From Candidatus Obscuribacteraceae bacterium (lineage in GTDB: Bacteria > Cyanobacteriota > Vampirovibrionia > Obscuribacterales > Obscuribacteraceae), in NCBI GenBank assembly GCA_044226015.1, contig JBGAHS010000002.1:1043435-1107434 (forward strand): a stretch of 64,000 nt of DNA, read 5' to 3'. Positions 59,301 to 64,000 of this stretch are shown here, one piece after another (the first letter of the stretch is position 1; each line of letters starts with the position of its first letter). Both the position numbers and the translations under genes were made by a program. The notes below the pieces were generated by a model, which had not been told where the DNA came from, ran no database searches, and saw nothing but the letters and a program-made list of their open reading frames with translations.

Positions 59301-60953
59301 TCTGCTCACTTGACCCAATAGTTCTTGTTCTGCGCGAGACAACTGAGCAGCCTCGGTGGCTCCCATTGCGGCTTCCCACTGGGTAAATATGCCTTTTGAG
59401 AAATCGTCTGTCGTAAAGGTACCCGAACTGATTTTCTCTTCAAGCAGTTTCTGCCTTGCTAGCTCAGGGTCGTATGGAGGTTGCTGTATTGAACTGAGTT
59501 GTGCATTAGACTCGCCTTCCTGCACCTCCTCCCGCGGCAGTTCATGCTCAGAGGTGCTCTTCCTCCTTGCCGCCATACGCTCAGCAATTTTTGCTTTCGG
59601 CCACTTACTTTGTGATTTAGACAATTTAGGACCCTGCGCCTGACTGGGGCGATCGTTGTCATTCATATATTTTTGCTCAACATGCGCCGTTGGCTGCGAA
59701 GCAAACGACTTATCCGATATCTCCGCTTGCACTACCTGCATACTCTTCTCTGTTGAATCAGATGGGAGATGCAGGGTAACTGCCTCCTCTTCTTCACCGT
59801 TTTCATCTGCAGCCGAACTCTGAGGAAGAAAAATTTCTTCCTCAAGCACTTCCTCATCTTCATCAATTGCGTTCGCAGAAGCTTGATCAGCAGACGATTC
59901 GTCGTCGCTCGCCAAATCGTAAGACGTTGAAGCATCCTCATCGGGCTGCTCAAAGGTCGACTCTCCGGAAGTCACAAACCCAGAATCAGAATACTCATCA
60001 GTAATCTCCTCAGCGGGTCCATCAATAGGCTCCGCAAGCGCATCAGTAGGCTCGACAGCACAATCTTCAAGCATAGACGCACCTTGCTCTTCATCAGTTT
60101 CATCCGAATAGCTGTCCGTAAAAAAGGGATCCGCCGCGTGCGAGCTTGCATAATCGTGTGCCCCAGGCGAGCTCGCATGATCCGACACTGCATGCGATAC
60201 CATCGCACCAGCCACCTGCTCATTAACTTCTTCGAATTCGTCAGCAGATGCGCCATTCACAAATTCAGTGGAATTCACATTTTCTGCTGGCTCGCTGTAA
60301 CTTCCAGCGGCAGACCCACCATAACTTTTGTCCGTAGACTCCACATAACTTTCGTCGGCAGACTCGCTGTAACTTTCAGACCCAGCACAAGTTTCTTCGG
60401 CAGGCTCGCTATTGTTTTCTTCTGCTACAGAATGCTCTAAAGCTTCCATGCTTTCAGGCTCGTAGTCCTGCTCGGAATGCTGATAACGAACAGCAGCTGT
60501 GTCCTGTGAATCAAACGCCTCATCAGAATCAACAGGATCGTTTTCTTCAAACTCTTCGTTTTCCCCAATATCTTCAGCTACGGACTCAACATGGGACGAT
60601 GCAGGGTCCATGGAATGAGCCATGCGGAGAATCTCCGCAGTGGATGGCAGCGGCTTCGTCGCCGGGCGTGGAGCGGCATCTGAAGGCTCTGGTGCATTAG
60701 CGAGAGCTTTCAACATTTCCGGGTCTATACGCTTTATCAGCTTACTTTCTTTTGCTTTCTTTTTCTTCTTCTTTTTCCCGAAGATTTCAGGCTGAGGACC
60801 GAGATATTGCATGGTCGCCTTGTCTCTCATTCCAGCTTTCCTGGACTCGAGATAATCTTTTTCAACTCTTGCAAGGTCTTTCTTTAGAGAATTGGCTTCA
60901 GCTCGTGCCCAGTCGCCATCCTTGTCGCCAGACTCATCATCATCGTCACTCAT
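56319..60953 (-). CDS. 1544-aa largely disordered protein: acidic N-terminal region, 15-aa repeat block, Pro-rich linker, C-terminal xPDG beta-hairpin domain
   Basis: Long ORF with AAGGA RBS; composition; YPDG/FADG/HPDG repeats at the C-terminus. Confidence 0.85.
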   Translation of the reverse strand: MSDDDDESGDKDGDWARAEANSLKKDLARVEKDYLESRKAGMRDKATMQYLGPQPEIFGKKKKKKKAKESKLIKRIDPEMLKALANAPEPSDAAPRPATKPLPSTAEILRMAHSMDPASSHVESVAEDIGENEEFEENDPVDSDEAFDSQDTAAVRYQHSEQDYEPESMEALEHSVAEENNSEPAEETCAGSESYSESADESYVESTDKSYGGSAAGSYSEPAENVNSTEFVNGASADEFEEVNEQVAGAMVSHAVSDHASSPGAHDYASSHAADPFFTDSYSDETDEEQGASMLEDCAVEPTDALAEPIDGPAEEITDEYSDSGFVTSGESTFEQPDEDASTSYDLASDDESSADQASANAIDEDEEVLEEEIFLPQSSAADENGEEEEAVTLHLPSDSTEKSMQVVQAEISDKSFASQPTAHVEQKYMNDNDRPSQAQGPKLSKSQSKWPKAKIAERMAARRKSTSEHELPREEVQEGESNAQLSSIQQPPYDPELARQKLLEEKISSGTFTTDDFSKGIFTQWEAAMGATEAAQLSRAEQELLGQVSRASGTNNQAENINPVEARIQDLVEQFRRESQLEQEVNPIKIPGPSEKFLSPSGAATAGDPQGVSQPLSASGSAIHSSVASNANNATGAFNSHGDATSAQGGSVSHDEGAAAVQMLGRFWSGTSPEVSSHALPQKRGGRFWGGSAKPAQSAEHLKSSGERHAPGTSAPHSVTRMKAEELKVESHSVIARSSESKTEIQPNEHASVAEPETEVQAKSEAPGSMSKPAVQAKPEAPGIMPKPVVQAEGEAPGIMPKPVVQAEGEAPGIMPKPAVQAKVEAPGIMPKPAVQAKSEAPGIEPKPAVQAKSEAPGIMPKPAVQAKSEAQGIEPKPAVQAKVEAQGIEPKPAVQAKSEAQGIEPKPAVQAKVEAQGIEPKPAVQAKVEAQGIEPKPAVQAKVEAPGIMPKPVVQAKMEAPGIMPKPVVQAKVEAPGIMPKPVVQAKVEAPNIEPKPAAQAELEAQKVAPKLEPKSSSAVSVRSSAIPPPLPLRGEAAKAPTPEILAPSPHQSFLSPGNRSADPISAAARSVLGVPDAAEQRAPAPKADLPKIVPPKVTPPAVAPSVSSLQQSRAIQPGSAPARKKTTQTRMMGAVEHKEIASASRTQSPPFQVPGPIKMKAAEPKPVENKVDNKDVKVKFAASAKARLGTAGDNPSVDPVMGQSPSAVPDSSAHTARQESKPSVAAPAHTGNAASGPPITAAASLGLNNAIGSRSGKGLSPLAYNPWETPSDSEAGGIHSQAMITPPKDEYDRKHRPGTGAIKKIVSAERVFTYKYPDGSATTVKYNSANVLVEITIDGGKWKRNAAETGGWIFFDEKGRKQDVMDGELDVTDKGDIVATRKDGYAETQFADGTFQIQYPNKRKEIHYPDGTCVLEDARGNRTYRSKAGIETKVAAPEKAAAKPKEVVAGDKPLRPHRMTELNRKLSNILDYKESQKKWQAYEGQTPEDGITWFKNEKGDILKQDARDGSNSIYHPDGSWEHIDRNGKVTLHLGDDWANFE
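57930..58672 (-). repeat. In-frame 45-bp (15-aa) tandem repeat, 16 copies plus 1 degenerate
   Basis: AK(V/S)EA(P/Q)GI(M/E)PKP(A/V)VQ. Confidence 0.95.
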
Positions 60954-61045
60954 CAGAGTTCCTTTCTCAGCTTTGTTGCATCAACAAAACAGCCCCAAAA
61001 GAATAGGACCAAATTATATTAATTGTGCCCGATTCCTTCAAATTG

Positions 61046-62278
61046 TCACAACGCTCTCGGGCTTGTTGACGACCGAAGAGCCTCCAAAGTACTCAAGATG
61101 CGGTCAAAATCAGAACCGGAAAGCCAGTGGCTGTTGGTGATTGAGAAGCTTCGGCTCGCAAAATCCCGGGCAGCCGGAACGGCGGCATCTGGCACGAATT
61201 TACGCAAATATTCGTAATCAGGCAGAGCCGAAAGAAACAGCCTTGTCACTCCTAAGCCGGAAGCCCAGAGCTTATCCATGATTTGGTCCCGCTGCTGCTG
61301 GTTTTCCGCCAAAAGCATGATAAATGGCCAGGCCCCCTCACAATCAGGCTCCTCTCGCAGCACTTCCAATCCAGCAATCTGGGAAAACATAGATATTCGA
61401 GCCAAAGCACGCTTTCTATTGTCACTTACAAACTCAGGCAAGCGTTTTAACAAACTGGCACCCGCTTTTTTTCGAAAATTACCGAATGCATAGCTGGGAA
61501 TTTCCATCTCAAAATGTTCGCCCACAGCCTCAAGGAGGTCGCCTTCTGAAAGTGCTTTGCGCAGTGGAGCACCGTAAACAAGCTCTAATCCTGATGGATT
61601 GTACAAAGCAGCCAAGCCCAGAAACTGCACGCAGCGCAGCAATTCTAGCCCAGCACGCTTAGGTACGCGCTCAGCAATGACACGCCTGACCTGCTGACGC
61701 AGTTCTGCGTCGCGAACACACAAGAGCCCGCCGTCATAAAGAGACAATCCCTTCCCGATGGCAAAACTAAAAATAGACATGTCGCCATCACAGCTGAGTG
61801 CTTTGCCATTGCGCTTCGCTCCCAGCGCCTGAGCCGCATCCTCTATGACAAAAGCACCTATTGCACGAGCGATTCTCTTCTCCTCACTAATGTCATAAGC
61901 CAGTCCAGCTAAGTACGTTGGAACAATCGCCGCTACCTGATCATCTGAGACCGCTTCGAGTTTATGAATGTCCATTCTGAAACCATTCGAAGCCACGTCG
62001 CAAAGAACCAAATCTACATCGGCTTGCCTGGCAGCAATCGCAAGCAAGGGACAGGTGTAGGCTGGAACAATGATTTTGCGGCGACCGCTTATTTTCTTTA
62101 CGGACTCGAACGCGATCGCCAGGCTTAAAGTACCGGAACTTAAAACATCTATTTCCGGCACCCCTAAAAGCCCAGCAAGCTCACGGTCAAAAGCTTCTGA
62201 GTCGCCTGAAACTCCGCACAAACAATCAGTGAAATTGATTGGCAAACCGGCTGTCGGTGGAATCTCCCTCCAGCTCAT
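61046..62278 (-). CDS. DegT/DnrJ/EryC1/StrS family PLP-dependent protein
   Basis: SSGT, VPAYTCP, VIEDAAQALGA, SFAIGKGL...GG. Confidence 0.88.
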   Translation of the reverse strand: MSWREIPPTAGLPINFTDCLCGVSGDSEAFDRELAGLLGVPEIDVLSSGTLSLAIAFESVKKISGRRKIIVPAYTCPLLAIAARQADVDLVLCDVASNGFRMDIHKLEAVSDDQVAAIVPTYLAGLAYDISEEKRIARAIGAFVIEDAAQALGAKRNGKALSCDGDMSIFSFAIGKGLSLYDGGLLCVRDAELRQQVRRVIAERVPKRAGLELLRCVQFLGLAALYNPSGLELVYGAPLRKALSEGDLLEAVGEHFEMEIPSYAFGNFRKKAGASLLKRLPEFVSDNRKRALARISMFSQIAGLEVLREEPDCEGAWPFIMLLAENQQQRDQIMDKLWASGLGVTRLFLSALPDYEYLRKFVPDAAVPAARDFASRSFSITNSHWLSGSDFDRILSTLEALRSSTSPRAL

Positions 62279-62281
62279 AGA

Positions 62282-63445
62282 CTATTTTTCTTGCTTCTCC
62301 ATCCAGTTTGAATCTGATTCAAACAGATGTTTAAACGGAGTAAGAATTGCTCGCAAAATAGGATTGCGAATAAACACTGCGTGACGGGTCATAGTAAAGC
62401 TGGCACCAAGAGAGGCTTTTACAGCAGGGTCTGTCCAGCCCGCAATGTAGCAGGTCAAATTATTCTTGATTGCATACTCAAGATTGTAGAACCAGCTTAA
62501 AAAATAGAGATTGGCATCGCGAGCATCAGGATAAACAAAGCCGACATACTTGTCTATCAATCGATTATCATGCACAAAACAGATGTTGTAGCCTATGAAC
62601 CTGCCATCGACCTCGTAGCAAAACACCCTGCCACCACCTGCAGTGCTTTGCAGAACACCTTTGAAGAATTCTTTTGAAAGCACATCAAAGTGTATTTCGC
62701 TCTGCTGATAAACGTTCTCATACATTTTATAAATGGTGCCCAGAAAGTCCTCGTCAAAGAACTCAGGTGCCCCACAGTCGAGAACTCTGACTTTAACATG
62801 CGCACTATCTTTCAGTTTTTTGCGAAATTCTTTGCGCCGACTTTTCGAAAGACGCGCCATGAACTCATCAATTGACGAGAAATTTATGGGTACAAAAGCC
62901 AGCGCTTGACCCTCGACAAGAAGAAAGCCAGCATTCGCACATTCTTCAATTAAAAGATTTGCTTTTTCATTTTCAAGCGAATTTAACAGCGGCGAATTTT
63001 GAGGAATATCTTTAACGATTAGCAGCTGGGCGCCGCGCTTTCTCATTTCCTGCAGCAGATTAGCGATAACAGATTTGTAGTTTGCGCAATCGGGATAAGT
63101 GGAGTACTCGGTCGCTGTAGTTCCAACAAAAACGCTGGGATAAACAAGAAAGCGTTTCAGAAAGGGGAAACGACCGACCGCATCTTTCAATTGCTTGGCG
63201 TCATCATCAAGCGTCGTAAGTAAATCAAAAGCCGCCCTAAAAGCCGGTGTCGCCACCGCCGTGCCTGAGTTCACTTCGAAAGCATCAAAATCTATTGGTG
63301 GATTCTTCAAAAAGGTATCAATCAAATAAGCAGGCTCCAAGACGTTCAGAAGCCCCTCAACTGTTTTCTGAGAGCGCGCATCAGCCATACAAGCAAATGC
63401 TTGTTTGCCTGAGAACTTCTTGTCCTGGGCCAGTTCCGTAGTCAT
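62282..63445 (-). CDS. GNAT/FemAB-like acyltransferase family protein
   Basis: FSSIDEFMARLSKSRRKEFRKKL, FDVLSKEFF, DKYVGF, NLYF. Confidence 0.8.
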   Translation of the reverse strand: MTTELAQDKKFSGKQAFACMADARSQKTVEGLLNVLEPAYLIDTFLKNPPIDFDAFEVNSGTAVATPAFRAAFDLLTTLDDDAKQLKDAVGRFPFLKRFLVYPSVFVGTTATEYSTYPDCANYKSVIANLLQEMRKRGAQLLIVKDIPQNSPLLNSLENEKANLLIEECANAGFLLVEGQALAFVPINFSSIDEFMARLSKSRRKEFRKKLKDSAHVKVRVLDCGAPEFFDEDFLGTIYKMYENVYQQSEIHFDVLSKEFFKGVLQSTAGGGRVFCYEVDGRFIGYNICFVHDNRLIDKYVGFVYPDARDANLYFLSWFYNLEYAIKNNLTCYIAGWTDPAVKASLGASFTMTRHAVFIRNPILRAILTPFKHLFESDSNWMEKQEK

Positions 63446-63728
63446 AACCTTCTCCAGACCGGCATTCTAACACTCAACGACTGCGGACACTCTAGCTAGA
63501 GTTAAGAAGCCCCGAATCCCGGAGTACAAAGGCGTTTGCATGTTTGAGCCGTCTTCCAATTTGCTTGATTGAAATGTGCCAAAAGCTACAGCAGGCTCAA
63601 GAGATGATGGTTTTCTCAGATACAGAGCGTATCAGCGGACAGCTATTTCGGTTCCACTGCTTTCTGGATCCGCTCTTATCGAGATCCAATGTTATGGGGA
63701 TACAACGTCCGGATCATGTGTTACGGGG

Positions 63729-63935
63729 ATCCGATCTTATCGGGATCCGATACCAGTTCGGATCCAATTTTATCGGGCTCCACTACCATCCGCGCTCCGA
63801 TCTTATCGGGACCCGATACCAGTCCGGATCCAATTTTATCGAGCTCCACTACCATCCGCGCTCCGATCTTATCGGGACCCGATACCAGTCCGGATCCGAT
63901 CTTATCGGGATCCGATACCATCCGCGCTCCAATAC
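63729..63935. repeat. 6 x 33-bp tandem repeat with alternating variants and an internal CCGAT-CTT-ATCGG hairpin
   Basis: G(A/C)TCC(GATC/AATT)TTATCG(G/A)G...TACCA units. Confidence 0.88.
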
Positions 63936-64000
63936 CATCTTGGGATTCACTGCCACCTCCGATTCACTACCATCCCAAATCAATTGGGAATCCGCAACGA

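Noticed and set aside
63721..63921. 66-aa ORF (DKIG repeats) as the end of a longer gene
   Set aside because: In-frame stops lie just upstream within the window; it is best explained as a by-product of the 33-bp repeat.
1..64000. Prophage, IS element, integrase, defence system, tRNA or rRNA
   Set aside because: No ORF or sequence with the corresponding signatures was recognised.

Overview
A 64 kb bacterial chromosomal segment with no rRNA, tRNA, CRISPR, transposase or phage genes that I could recognise. The cyanobacteria-like MnmG motif and the TPR/LRV-rich hypothetical proteins suggest a non-photosynthetic relative of cyanobacteria (Melainabacteria/Obscuribacterales); this is inference only. 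The window has two parts. (1) Positions 1 to ~42.3 kb form a general-stress-type gene island: hemerythrin, CBS protein, metallothionein, class A PBP and amidase, CHAD, HAD-GH65 sugar phosphorylase, Ku and a stand-alone LigD polymerase, ferritin-like protein, YtxH-like protein, a degenerate ABC1/UbiB kinase, a Gfo/Idh/MocA oxidoreductase, a sigma-70 factor, a 2.1k-aa poly-HAMP hybrid kinase with an OsaB-like partner, a glycogen debranching enzyme with a GT4, and many small proteins. The strongest non-coding signal is an ECF-sigma-type promoter, GGAAC-N17-GTC. I found it by eye 14 times with exact spacing, plus several one-mismatch copies. Every exact copy lies just upstream of a gene and points into it, which suggests that the island is a physically clustered regulon. 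(2) Positions ~42.3-64 kb hold housekeeping and other genes (esterase, CPBP protease, mnmG, PCYCGC protein, dinB, a 1544-aa disordered protein with a TCP10/G-box-like C-terminus, DegT and GNAT families). They are interleaved with many tandem repeats: a 6x116-bp array with an ATCGATATCGAT palindromic core that recurs in inverted orientation on the far side of mnmG, an array of hairpins with pyrimidine-rich loops, 55-, 24/42- and 33-bp arrays, and in-frame 93- and 45-bp expansions inside genes.
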